64,000 bases of DNA from contig CP000067.1 in NCBI GenBank assembly GCA_000002445.1, forward strand, positions 512,001-576,000, written 5' to 3'. Each line of letters begins with the position of its first letter. Positions within the stretch are counted from its first letter, which is position 1. This stretch comes from Trypanosoma brucei (Eukaryota). Below the pieces are notes generated by a model. That model saw only the letters and a program-made list of their open reading frames with translations. It was not told the origin of the DNA and did no database searches. The position numbers and the translations under genes were made by a program. Positions 29,301 through 41,050 of the stretch are shown piece after piece.

Positions 29301-32300
29301 GCACGTGAGTTGTGCACGGCTGCGGGGGGCGAAGTTCCACGTGCCTTGTTACGGGTGGTCGCCTGCGTCGTCGGCTGTGGCTCGATTTTCACTCCTTTTT
29401 GGCGAGGAAAGTCGGGGCGTATATTGTTTGAGTACCGGGTGGGGCACGTGCCTTTTCTCTAACCGCGGCACGCCAGCGGTTCGCGCGTCCCGGGCTCCAC
29501 ATTCGTAGCTGTGAATTTGGGCTCAAAGGTCACGCTGCTATTCTCCCATGCTGGGTGGTTTAGTTACTGTTGCAGCAATTTGCTTGTTTAGGACAGACAC
29601 AGGCGCCCATTTACGGTAGTTGTTGCCCTCGCCTCGCTTGCGTTTGTGGGGTACCGCCAGTGAGCAGCGATGGAGGTCCTGCGCAGTAGCAGGCGGGGGT
29701 GTGCTCTTGGCATTTGGTGTGATATGCGCGGGTGATTGCTGGGAGCGGTTTTCGTGACGTTTCCGAATGAAGCTATTTATTTCTGTCTGTTGAAGATTAT
29801 TTCCATTTTGCAACGACTAATAAAGTTGTTATCAAAATAGCCCAGGTAGAAGTGCTTTCAACCCTTTTAGGCGGCGGTGCGCGGTGCTTTGGATGCCAAG
29901 ACCAATGGAATTGTTGCCGCTAAGTTGCCAGGGCTCTGACGTACTTCATTGAGCGTCGCGCTTCCATATTTTTTTTGTTTCTTGCAGGGACCGGTGCCAA
30001 AGCATTGAAGCATTTGCCGCATAGTCCTGGATCGGTGCTGCATGCACCCGGGGGTTGCACCCTGTAGTTAGCGCGTGTTCCGAGAGGAGGTGGTCAGTGG
30101 TTTCCTTTTCCGTCTTGTGAGGGGAATTGAAGTTCCCATTTCCCATATGTAGTGTGGGTTAATGATGCTGTTGAATCTTGCCCACGGATTCTCCGACGAA
30201 TTTGTGGAGCACATTTTTTCAGTGGTTGTTCGTTGAAATAAAGGGGGTGTGGACATACGGTTTTGCTATTGGTGTTTCGGAAGACTGCTTCTCCATACTA
30301 GAAGTGGGCTGTTACAGAGTCGTTCCAGTTCTCTGCAAAACACGGGAATCGGTCAACATTCTGTTTCCGAACTGTGTTTACAACACTTGCGTGTTCGGAC
30401 TGGTCACTGGTTGTTTAGTTGCAGCGTTTACGAATGGGGTCGCGAGAAGTTGTGTCCCCGATCGTACTGCCGTGACGTGTAACGGGGCTGTGCTTCGATG
30501 CCCACCGCGGGAACCCTTCTGCATGGCGCAGGTAATACCCTTTTGCTTTTACTGGCGTCACGTTGTCGGCTGATTGAGCACCTTTAACAGATGTCCGCCC
30601 ATTCGAATTGAAAGGTTTTGGACACCCCCTAACCGATCAGTTTATGCAAACGAGCACAGGGGCGTAATGTGACTTTTCGGTTTGTGGAACCTTGGCTCAC
30701 CCGGGGGATATGGGCGACCAAGGCTATCAACGTATTCCACCGTTAAAGGGACAACAAAATTGCCTTTAATATATATTTTTTCACGTCCCTAGATAAATGA
30801 ATGTGTCGACAACTACCATTTACCTAGTGTAGAATACCCGTCTCTTTGGTTGCATGGGCTGTGAGGAGGGGGAGCTGTGCGTGGAAGGTGAAGCGACGGG
30901 CGCGCGCGCTAATAAACGTATTTCTGCCGGAATGAAGAGGATATTCACGCTGTCATCTAGCTCGGAGAGGGGGTTAAACAAGAGCAAATGAAGCTTAATT
31001 AAATCACCAGAGATCTGGAAGTTACAATCAATTATTCTGCTGAACCGCATCCAGTTGAAGTAACCTGCGAAGAGTTCTGGAGTTAGCCGGGAGTCGGCTG
31101 TCTTTGGGATGGGGACGGAACACCGAGGGCTTTACAGTATGCTATCTGGGTGATATGACCTAATTACTTTTGTACGTCGAGATGGTTTGGGGATGCCTGA
31201 TATGTTAACATGCCAATGTGATGGCTCCCTCGCTCCATTCTGCAGGGGAGATGTGGGTGAGTTTTGTTCCGGTGGAACAACTTGTATCTTTTTTTTTTTG
31301 CATTGTAAGGGAATGCCAGAAGCTACTTCCTCTGTGCATGGAATAGGATACCCCCGATTATGGACTGTGATGGGTATACTGTTGAGAACTGCAAGGGTGA
31401 CCCAGAAACAGCGAGGGGATGTTACAAATGTCTCCCCGTCCCCGTCCCGGAACGGTGAATTTTGGACCCTGACTGCAAAATCCTCCAGGGGGCGTGTTCG
31501 GGCCGGGGTTTGTTAGCGCCCACTGACATGTGTCAGATGAGATAGTTCGCCTGTTTCGTATTTTGCCATACGGCTGGACCTCTCTGACTGTGATACCGAT
31601 ATGATGGAGCTATTTCCATGTAGACACAACTGATCTGTGTTTCATCCGAACGTCTCGCTGAGTCAAGGGAGAGTTCAAGCGGATGACCGTAATTCATTTA
31701 TTTCTTTATGTGAAAATGTACTTCGTGGCATTGTGCTTTCCAATGCAGTTGGATGTCGTTATCACACAGGATTTTTGTTGCTGCGGAATTACACCTATTG
31801 GAGCTGTATTTCTTGTGCGACTTGATACGATCGATTTTGCGGTGACGCTACCCTTCCTCTCTGAGTATGGCGCCGCCTACGTAGATATTGTCGGCAGAAC
31901 GGGGGATTGTCGGAGGGAAAATGGTGTGGTCGGGGCATCTGCTGCGGAATACTTGAACGGGGCGCACCATGTTGATTCCGTTGTTTATGTTGGCAATGTC
32001 AGAACCCTGTGGATGCGATACAGATCCGCCACGCAGACTTTTGAACTTAGTTGCTTACTGTCTAGCCCCACCAAAATTGCGAGTTATCTGCTAGGTAAAG
32101 CCTGGAATTGTACTGCTAGCCAGAAAGAAAAAGGACGGTATTAAGCACCAAGTTGACCTTGCAAGTTATGAATCCGACCTATGCATAAAAGAATTATTAG
32201 GTACAAAAAATAATTCGAACTTTATACTTTTTTGGCACTGCCATTTCGTGGTTTGCTTACAAATTGTGTAAATGGATAATATGGGAGTTGTCACGGACCC

Positions 32301-34878
32301 ACCGCTGGTGGACGCGGTGATGTTGTTCCTCCGATCCTACATGTACTAGGAGAAGATACGTTGTTATTTCACGATTCGCCAAAGCCACTTTTTTTTTCCT
32401 TCATTGGTGTACCGGGTTTGTGTGAATGGCTACGGTGAGAAGGTGTGTGATGCTAAAGGGTGATCGCCTGAGGTGCAGTTGTGCGTGACGAGTCTCCCTG
32501 TTGGTATTTGTGAGGTTGAGCGTACGTGACGTTGCCTTTTCGCTTTGAGAAGTTTTCTGTTTGTTTTTCTGTATCCTTTAGCATTATTAGTATTTATCTA
32601 CCGTCTAATTCTGGCATGCTATAAAGATATTTAAGACATCATGGGGAGGGGAGCTTCACTCTTATTCTTATTTGCTAACCGAAGGACATCGGGTTTGTGA
32701 ATCCCGACCGGTGAATATCTCTTTTTATTTTACCCTATCGCGTTTGATACCTGATGTTTGGTTGAGGTGCCGCTTTCTGGGGGGGGGGGGGGATTTGTAC
32801 ATGATTTGAGGGTCGTTCTCGTACTGAGTGTAAAGTTCTGTGCGGGGTGAAAGATTGTGTGCACGGCGAGAGATGCAGTTGTCTGGGGCAACGATAATAT
32901 TTACGAACACTACGCTATTTTATTAAACTATGACGTTGTAGATCACGAACATGTTGACGAACATTTATGTGTCTGGGAGTTGATTGTAGAAGCACATGTA
33001 ACTTTGACAAATAATTGCATCGGTGACTTGATAGTTTGTTTTGAAATTATTGGCGTGAGGCGGCGTGTACAGATCTGAATTGTTTTCATTACGTAGTACC
33101 ATAACAACTGCGGGTACGGTTTAAGTGTTAGTGTGGAGCCACCATTGGCATTAGCTAGCTTTTCCGTGGCCTCCCCCGAACCCGCTGTTCAACCTGAGGA
33201 CGCGCAACATGTGGGCGTTGAACCTTGCGGCGATGCAGCGTAACAGAATCAAGCCGTGTGCGAATGACGATCATCAGGGTGGTCGGGAAAGGGGTGGTGA
33301 AGAGAGATCGCTTCAATGCTTCGTTGTGAGGAAAACAATAATGCTTTGTGGACGTCAATGTTTGAAGTCTTTATTCACGCTACGGTCAATTGTCCTTTAG
33401 CGGCTGCTGGGATATACATTGTTTACTTGGGGAGAGATCATTCTTAAAAATGAGCCATCGCATTTGCTGCCGTGGCCGGCGCCACGATTTTTTTTTCCAC
33501 TGTCGATCATGCCGATGCCGGTTCACTGGAGTCTTGTCATGTCTGTTCCAAATAACAAGGAACAGCTGTTTTCATGCGATATTTGCCGCTGCGATTTTTC
33601 ATGCTCCTGAAGGACGGTTGATATGTATGTAGGGTATCCGCAGATTATGCGGCTCACGCGTAAATGTTTGACTGCAACTCATGTGTTATTACTCTCATTA
33701 AATTGGATTTTTGTCGACATCACCAAAAGCGTTCGTGCAGAGGTGCGTCTACGAAGTCCAACTGTTTACTGCGTTGTGAAATACCCGAGAGAAGACTTCG
33801 TTTTCACTTTGACGCGTTTTTTTTTTTGGGGGGGGGGAGATGTGTATAAATTGGTAGCTTCTGTTGCCCAACGAGGCCAACTTCGTTGTCCCGTGCGAAA
33901 TGTGTCATTCTGAATAAGGTGGCATTCTTGAACTGGGGGTGTCTTGTTCCACCTTCATTGTGACCATGTTCCCCCGTTAAATGATTTTTTTTTTTTGAAA
34001 CCAAGCCATCGTCGACTGGGAAGGGTTGGAGGTCGGTATCGCGATAGGTTTGCTAGTGCCTGCGAGTTGTACGTTAGGTCTACCTGGGAGCGTACCTCTC
34101 AATAGATGATGTGGAATGGACATCTGAGGCGCTGGTATCGAGGGATTCTTCCGGTGGTATCAGCGCCCCTGAGTCATCATTATTGATGCCCCACCTATTT
34201 GTTGTTGAGTTTACTTTTCCTTTCCCCTCTTAAACTGTTTAATTAATTGTCAAGAAGTATTTTGGAGAGGAGTGTAAGTCCAGTGGTAAGGAAGTGAGAT
34301 GCAATGGTTCCTTCCCGCGAGCTGTCCATACCTCTCTATACTCGTGGAAGAAACAATCGGGCGGAGTAATTAACGCTTATTTTTTGCTTGTGCCATATTT
34401 TTTTTTTTGGTTCTGCACTTTCCCTCACCTAATCTAGGCCAGTGTTTACGTTGTTACCCGGACAGTTCAAAATTTTGCTATGTACTTCCTCCTTAGCCCT
34501 CGTGTTTCCCTTGTACCTATAACGGAACTGCTGTGGTGCCTATAGCTTTTCCTTTTTTCATATATACTTTTTAAGTTCGCCAACGTGTGCTCCAAAGCAC
34601 TTGTGGATCGACCCACAAGCGGTAGTAGCTGCCACGAACTCAGTAATTAAAGAAGAGGAGAGGTGATAACTGACCTTTAGTTCAAGTACGGGTAAGGTTT
34701 TGCTTCAGGAAAAAGCGGCCGGAGAGGGGAGATATAGCAGAGTGAAGGTTGGGGTGTCGCAACCCTAGGAAAAGATTGTGTTTGGCTTCGTTTGGAGGCT
34801 AGTCGTTTGTACCTGAGATCGATCGTGCGCTGCGGTAGAACCCTTTTTGTAGTGTTCTACGGTAGCTTGGGTTGAAAA
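23338..34878. promoter_or_regulatory. Divergent strand-switch region; putative RNA Pol II transcription start region for both flanking gene arrays
   Basis: The minus-strand array begins at 23337 and the plus-strand array at 34879. The ~11.5 kb between them has no convincing ORF. The left half is C/A-rich on the plus strand, so the leftward-transcribed strand is G/T-rich. The right half is G/T-rich on the plus strand. Long G-runs lie on the plus strand at 29000–29010, 32779–32792 and 33828–33837. A C-run lies at 24989–24996. Confidence 0.7.
32779..32792 (+). repeat. G14 homopolymer
   Basis: A direct read. It is one of four ≥10-nt G-runs on the plus strand in or next to the rightward-transcribed half of the strand-switch region. 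The others are 29000–29010, 33828–33837 (preceded by T11) and 35962–35973. Confidence 0.9.
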
Positions 34879-35823
34879 ATGCATCAACACGGCAAGACAT
34901 CGGGAACAGATGGTAGCGGGGCAACAGTTTCCCAGTCTTCCTCGGGTTTCATGGAGACTCCGTGGCGCATCTTTGAGTACGGTGTGGCATCGGAGCAGGG
35001 CTCCCGGAAGACGATGGAAGATCAACACGCCATGGTGGCAGAATCGTTTCCATTCTTTGCCGTTTACGATGGGCACGGCGGCACGCAATGCGCTGAATTT
35101 CTTCGGGACAATCTCCACACGTTCATTTTTGGCCAGCCGGAGATCGAGACCGACCCCGAGCGTGCAACACGTGCCGGGATAGCGGAGGCCGAAAATGCCT
35201 TCCTGACAAAGTGTGCTGATGAGAAAATTGAGTCGGGCAGTACTTGTGCTGTGGCCTTGGTAGTAGATGACACTCTGATCGCGGGGAATGTCGGCGACTC
35301 GGAGATAGTGCTGTGTCGTGCCGGCGCACCCATTGTTCTGTCAACAAAGCATAGCATTCAGGACAACGTGTCTGAGGGGGAGCGCGTGAAAGCCTGCGGT
35401 GGTAGGATAATAAGCAACCGTGTGGGGCACCCCAAATTTAACCCTCAGTTACTGAGCCTCGCCATCACACGTGCTATAGGTGATGCTGGTTTTAAGCTAC
35501 GCGAATTCACTGATGGCAAACCGTCCGGCGTTATTGCCGACGCGGAGACACGATCCACAAGATTGACGGATGACGACAAGTTTCTGATCATTGGTTGCGA
35601 CGGATTGTGGGATGTTATGTCGTACGAAGCGGCAGTGCAACTCTGCTCTCGCCTCGCCTCTGAGGGCGAAACCCCGAAGGCCATTGCTGGTAGTCTGTGT
35701 CAGGAGGCTTTAAGGCAAGGGAGTACAGATAATGTCACATGCATCTACATTAATATAAGAGCAAAGAGCTCAGCCCCGGGCTGTGGACAGCTCGGCAGTG
35801 GCGACCCTCTACACAATATGTAG
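34879..35823 (+). CDS. Protein phosphatase 2C (PPM family), 314 aa
   Basis: Contains PP2C motifs: FFAVYDGHGG (metal-binding motif 1/2), GDSEIVLCRAG, DGLWDVMS, and the acidic GSTDNVTCIYI tail motif. Confidence 0.85.
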   Translation: MHQHGKTSGTDGSGATVSQSSSGFMETPWRIFEYGVASEQGSRKTMEDQHAMVAESFPFFAVYDGHGGTQCAEFLRDNLHTFIFGQPEIETDPERATRAGIAEAENAFLTKCADEKIESGSTCAVALVVDDTLIAGNVGDSEIVLCRAGAPIVLSTKHSIQDNVSEGERVKACGGRIISNRVGHPKFNPQLLSLAITRAIGDAGFKLREFTDGKPSGVIADAETRSTRLTDDDKFLIIGCDGLWDVMSYEAAVQLCSRLASEGETPKAIAGSLCQEALRQGSTDNVTCIYINIRAKSSAPGCGQLGSGDPLHNM

Positions 35824-38490
35824 TGAGGAAATGTGCAGAGGGCACTGCATGCATTATATGTGTCTTTGTACCCGTTGAGGACGTTCACATAACAGTGGCA
35901 ATCTAATCGTCGTCGCATTTGAGTGACTTCTTCCAAAAAAGGGGCGTCTACATGTCGATACGGGGGGGGGGGGTGGAGGCCGTAGGGCGTCAGGGCTTGT
36001 GGAGGTGTGCATGCCGTGTGTGGGTTGCTGTCGATTGGTGATGAGGAGGGTGAGACAGAAGTTAAGAGGACCGGAGGTAATGTGCTTGTGGGGAGAAACA
36101 ACGGAAGAAGAGGAGCTCTCACTCTTTTTTCTCTTCCCCATCGCGAGAAGGACCGTGCATGAGTTGTACGTGTCAACCGGGCGCTGGGCGGCGAGTTGTG
36201 TGCCGTGCAACCTATTCATGCTGTGAGAAACGATATCGACAGCAAAAAAAAAAGAAGCAACAGGACAATAAGAGAGGAAGTAGCAAGTGCCAACGATCAC
36301 CGTGCACCACCTCTCCAAGATACTTTTTATCCCTCCCCCTCTCTGGCGGCGTGTGATGCAGTGGAACATGTACCAGTGTGTTTGGGAGTTTCATACATTT
36401 TTTTACCCGTGGTGGTGGGAGTTTGGATTTACGTACCGTTTCGGTCATGACGGGACAGGAAAGGCGATGCTGAGGAGGGGTCATCATGATTAAATGCCCT
36501 CCTGCTGTGTGGACACGTCTTGACACCCGGTGTCACTTGTTACAAGAATTTATTACTACTCGCACAAGCGGCGTTGATACGAGAGCCGTCAGTGGATGAA
36601 GAGTCAAGGGAGAGGGAACGGGGGAGTCACTGGACGGAACATAGAAAAAAAAAAGACAAGACAAAAGGGAGAGTGCTACCAGTAAGGGAGAAAGGAGGGT
36701 GCCGACAGGAAAAAGCAAAAGGGAGGATCAGAGAAAGCGGAAGCGCGCGATGCTAGGCAAAGCAAACAAGACGAAATTACCTGCGTGGGTTTGTTCTCGT
36801 CTCTAATACCTTGCTGTTTTACTTGTTTTTTTCAGCCTCCTTTCAGCGCGGTTCCCCATAGCTTTCTCTCCATTCGGACCGTTTCCTCACGCTCCTCCGC
36901 GATCCTTGCACGGAGCCACAAAGAAGTGAATCATAACAAAAGTGAACGGGCAAACGAGGAGAATATCGGAAGCGCAACTCCGAAGAAGAGAGAGCGAAAA
37001 CAGCGAACGAACGCAGACACGTACATGAAAAAGGTGGAAGACTTAGTGCCCGTGCAAGGTTCGCAACTGGCTGTCCATGTATACGCATGCTTGCAGTTGC
37101 GTTTGAAAAGACAGTTAAGTGGGAGAGAAAGGGATAGCAGGGAGGGAATAGGCAAAAAGGAGGCGCACAGGGGAAAGGGATCATACAGCCGCAGAATATA
37201 GAGGAAAATCCAGGGACCCACACGCGGCCTCCGTGCGCTGTGGCAACAAAGGCAGGTTGCGCATGTTTGTGTGCTTGGTGAACTGTTGGCGCTTCAAGCG
37301 CATGAGCGTTCAGGAGGTAAAGGATGTACAAGTGGGGCTACGCGGTTGGTATATGTGGGGAGGGGGGCGGCGTGGAGGTGAAGGTTGCTGTTGAAGTGTA
37401 TATGAGGCAAAGGTTGGGCGAAAACGTGTTTGTGTGCTTAGGGGAAGAAAAAATACTTCTGAGTAATGTAAGGATGTACGCGTATACACATGCATATGTA
37501 TATACATATACGTTCTATGTATCTCTGCATGTTTATGCGTTCCGTGAGTGAACAACGGGTCTCTGGCACCAAGGGATTGCATGCGAATTAGAAAGAAATA
37601 AAAGTGAAAAATGATAGAGTGTGAGTTGCAGGGGCATGTAAAAGAGCTGAGGGGAAGTGTGGAAGGTGAAGGGGTGTGAGTGCGTGTTCAAAATGGGAAG
37701 AAATTGAAAAAAAAAGTAACACAAGAGAGCAACGACAATGCGGTTAGGGAAGTGTTTTGCCAGTGATATTACGCTGTAGCTGTGGCCATATCAGTACTGC
37801 TTCGTTTTTTTTCTTTATTTTCGGCTTGCTTTTTTTGTTTTGATTTAAACTTACCTGCTATCTATTTATTATTTTCCTTTCGTGTCTGTGTGTCTGTGTG
37901 TGTGCTCTTGTGCGTTAGGGATGTTGGTTCTTCAGTGTAAAGCGTTCTGTGGGCTGCGATTCCTTGTGCTGCGTATACATATATATATATATCTCCATTA
38001 TTTGTATGTGTTCGTGTATGTGTTTTTGTGTCCTTTTCTCCCTTTCCACATCCTCTTCCGGCCCTTAGTGTGTTCCCTACGGTGGTGCACTTGAACGGCA
38101 TTGGAAATGAGCGTATACATTTTTTGAACTGTTGGAGACGTGTGAGCTGGCTGTTGTTCCTTGTAGGAGTGCTGTACCCGTTGATGTGTTCTTATGTTGC
38201 GAACTGCACTCTTCTTTTCTACCTTATTCTATGGTCGTTTGTATGTGTGTGTTAAATTTCTATAGTGATTGTAGGGCTCCCAGTATTCCCTCTCTTTCGA
38301 TTTTACTGCCGTACATTCAATTAATACCTTTATCACGCCGCTGGCTGTCGCCGACGCAGTTCTGGTTTTTACTTTTTTTCAAGCTTTGATCGTGGTGGGT
38401 CGGCTTCATTTGTGCTGGTGGTCGTTGCTCGCCGCTGCTTGGGCCTTTTTTTCCTGGTAACTCGCAACATTGCGCGGGACACCTTGGCAA

Positions 38491-38516
38491 TATATATATA
38501 TATATATATATATATA
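38491..38516. repeat. (TA)13 microsatellite
   Basis: A direct read of tatatatata… It sits in the 5' leader region of the WD40-like gene. Shorter (TA)n tracts also occur at ~4316–4328, 37979–37992 and 61287–61304. Confidence 0.95.
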
Positions 38517-38540
38517 GATTCGTCCTGTGAGGTCCTCATA

Positions 38541-39767
38541 ATGGAATCACCAACGTGCGGCGACGCAGTGGGGAGTGTGGATGCTGGTCGTGAAACGTCG
38601 TGCCCAGGTTCATCTTCCGGGGTGCCGTATCCTCTTTTTCATTTGATAGCGGGTGACACTGTTATCCTTGCCATGGAGCACAACAATCACAGCAAGTTGC
38701 TCGCTTTATCGACATCAAGAAATGAAATTTTTGTAACAAATACGCAGAGCCTGCCGATGGAGGCGGTGCAGATGTCGGATGGGGAGAAAGAGAGGTGGGA
38801 CCCCGCCGCTGCAACCACGTTAGTTGACCGGCTGCGCCACGCGTGTACGCAGCTTGTTTGGGCGCCTTGGCAATACGGCAACCGCCTTGCGTGTATATCC
38901 CGCGGGAAGCACATACGGATATACCGTTTATCACACAACCGCTGGGCGTTAGATGAGGCGGTACCCGTACAAGATTGCAACGCAGCCGCCTTTTCCCCCT
39001 ACCTCACCATGGCGTGCGCCTGTGCAAAAGGGAAAGTACTGATATTCGCCCAGTCGAATTCCGATGGAAACAGTGCGTGGTCTTGCTGCAGCACATACTC
39101 CTTGGAATCCGAAAGTAGCAGCTCATTTAACCAGCCTATTGGTAGGAACCGTACCACCAAGGGCTGTACATGTGTAAGCTGGGACGAAAGTGGTAGTTTG
39201 CTGGCTGTGGGAGACGGTGCAGGGAGCTTTCGTGTCATGTACGTCACCGGTGAGAGTCGACGCGTTGTCGGCACTGCGTATGGCCCCAGGGTAACCACCG
39301 ACCGCGCGGCTGTACGCCATCTGTCATGGGCTCCAGGTGCAGGCCGTAGCTTTCTTATACTCGCTGTCGTCACTTTGGAGAGCGTGACGCTTTTGTTTTT
39401 TAAGCGGCCTTCCGGGGGTGCTGTAGCTACAGGCGGAGCACACGCCCTCGTTCCTGATCGGCTACAATTGATGACTGAGACAAGTATGGAAAAGCAAGAT
39501 GTAGTGGGACTTATTTGGAATTCGAATGGGACACGTTTTGTGACTAATCACACCGCCGGTACTTTGGGCGTGTGGACGATTGTGGTTTCGTTTGTGCGGC
39601 CAGTGCGACGAGCTGTGAGCGATATGGGAGATAGGGGAATGGGCTTGCCTCATGCCGGTGAGCCGTGTGAAGACCAGTCTCCCGTTCTGGTGGCGCAAAT
39701 GAGACAGATATCAGTGGTACATCTATTTCAGAATGGAGGATATTGGTGGCGGGGAGGGGGTTCGTAG
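38541..39767 (+). CDS. Hypothetical protein, WD40/β-propeller-like (~408 aa from the Met at 38541)
   Basis: The six-frame ORF starts at 38412, but its first 43 codons run through a (TA)13 microsatellite. The start was therefore placed at MESPTCGD (38541). WD-like strand motifs recur (SWDESGSLLAVGD, LSWAPGAG, LIWNSNGTRFVT…GTLGVWT). Confidence 0.55.
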   Translation: MESPTCGDAVGSVDAGRETSCPGSSSGVPYPLFHLIAGDTVILAMEHNNHSKLLALSTSRNEIFVTNTQSLPMEAVQMSDGEKERWDPAAATTLVDRLRHACTQLVWAPWQYGNRLACISRGKHIRIYRLSHNRWALDEAVPVQDCNAAAFSPYLTMACACAKGKVLIFAQSNSDGNSAWSCCSTYSLESESSSSFNQPIGRNRTTKGCTCVSWDESGSLLAVGDGAGSFRVMYVTGESRRVVGTAYGPRVTTDRAAVRHLSWAPGAGRSFLILAVVTLESVTLLFFKRPSGGAVATGGAHALVPDRLQLMTETSMEKQDVVGLIWNSNGTRFVTNHTAGTLGVWTIVVSFVRPVRRAVSDMGDRGMGLPHAGEPCEDQSPVLVAQMRQISVVHLFQNGGYWWRGGGS

Positions 39768-40093
39768 TTGCGTTTACGTGATACGCAGGAGACAATGCAA
39801 GTCCATGAGGTGCCGGCGAAGTTCCCAGGTGACAAGGCGCACACCTCAGGTGGATTGTGTGTGTGCGTGGTGGTAACCCATTTGCGTACTACTATTATTT
39901 ATATGTCTTTTGTTAGGTATGGTTGTTGATATGGCACACTTCACCCACTTTTTGACCCTCCTCGGTAGGTAGGACTTTGTGGCCCGGCTGGCGGAAGCTG
40001 CTACATCCGTATCGGACAGCAGCTAGAGATATCTAGGGTCGAGCAGCTGCACGTACGCATACATCTATTCCTTTCCCGCGGTAGAATCGCCAT

Positions 40094-41050
40094 ATGGGTA
40101 GTGACGTTGATTTGAGGAATGAAACCGAAGCGAAGAACAGCAACCATTTTGGGAAAAGGACAAATTTGGATCGTAGCTCGGTGAAGCGTCAGCGTGATGG
40201 CAAAGGTGGCGATTCTCTCCATAGAGCATGCCCAAATGCTGCGGATGTCCAACGTGCTGTGGCATGTGGAGGGGGAGAGGCGAAGGACGCAGCAGATGGT
40301 GGAAAACTCTCTCGGACCCGGGTCGGTCGGCTCTCTGATCCGGTATATCGAATCATGCACATGCTGCCTCGTTCTGACGTCCTTGAAGTGGTTAAATGTC
40401 GCTTTGGTCCCGAGGAGTGCCAGCGAGCGGCCTCGTACTTCGACAAATCTTTCATGGAGAACCCTCTGAGGCATCTACGATTGCAGATCGGGTGCGATCG
40501 CGCGACGGGGCTTAACCTCTTCTTTCCGAAGTTGCAGCATCACCGGGGAACGCTGCGGCACCTTGACCTATCTCGTAACCGTTTAGATGAGGACGATGTG
40601 GCAACATTGGTGCAGGTACTTGATATCCGTAGGGATGAAACAAACAACAATTCCTCGGCCCTTGAGGTTTTAGACTTGAGTTATAATCGCCATATCGGTG
40701 ACCGTGGCGGTGTGATGCTTCTCAGCGCCCTGCGCGGCAATGACCGTATTCGTGCTGTAATTCTCAAAGGTATTTCTCTGAGCGACGCTGGTGCATTTGG
40801 GATAGCGGCGTTGTTGCCGCAGCGACCCAAGCCACTTCTGTGCGGCGAGGGAGGTGGTTGTGATTATCCCTTGTCCTCATCAGCTAGCGTGTCACAAAAC
40901 CCCACGTTTTTCTTGAATCTAAATGAAAACATTATCGGTGTTAAAGGGATTGGCGCCCTAGGGAAGGGGATCCCTTCTTACGTCTCTGTCACTGCTAGTA
41001 GACAATATCCTTCGTTTTCATCGCGACGTTCGGCACGCGTGATTCGGTGA
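40094..41050 (+). CDS. Leucine-rich repeat protein, RNI-like (318 aa)
   Basis: Ribonuclease-inhibitor-type LRRs: LDLSRNRLDEDDVATLVQVL, LDLSYNRHIGDRGGVMLLSALRGNDRIRAVILKGISLSDAGAFGIAALL, LNLNENIIGVKGIGALGKG. Confidence 0.65.
   Translation: MGSDVDLRNETEAKNSNHFGKRTNLDRSSVKRQRDGKGGDSLHRACPNAADVQRAVACGGGEAKDAADGGKLSRTRVGRLSDPVYRIMHMLPRSDVLEVVKCRFGPEECQRAASYFDKSFMENPLRHLRLQIGCDRATGLNLFFPKLQHHRGTLRHLDLSRNRLDEDDVATLVQVLDIRRDETNNNSSALEVLDLSYNRHIGDRGGVMLLSALRGNDRIRAVILKGISLSDAGAFGIAALLPQRPKPLLCGEGGGCDYPLSSSASVSQNPTFFLNLNENIIGVKGIGALGKGIPSYVSVTASRQYPSFSSRRSARVIR

Noticed and set aside
28150-29510. Overlapping 100–171-aa ORFs on both strands in a GC-rich block of the strand-switch region (28510..29025 +, 28895..29392 −, 28812..29132 −).
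   Set aside because: Their translations are Cys/Trp/Arg/Pro-rich with no domain-like pattern. The frames overlap on opposite strands, as expected for chance ORFs in GC-rich non-coding DNA. A decayed retroelement cannot be excluded, but no reverse-transcriptase or endonuclease motif was seen.
23338-34878. Search for tRNA, snRNA or snoRNA genes in the strand-switch and intergenic regions, looking for A-box / B-box GGTTCGANTCC-like motifs and cloverleaf-sized inverted repeats.
   Set aside because: I found no convincing B-box or acceptor-stem pairing by eye. The nearest was a near-palindrome at ~34120–34165 (ggcgctggtatc…ggtatcagcgcc), which is a mirror repeat rather than a reverse-complementary one. 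tRNAscan-SE or Infernal would be needed to be certain.
35854-37331. ORFs of 138–171 aa in the 2.7 kb gap between the PP2C and WD40-like genes.
   Set aside because: Their translations are low-complexity (S/P/R/K-rich) and they overlap on opposite strands. Long 3'UTRs and intergenic regions are normal in trypanosomes. No motif supports a gene.
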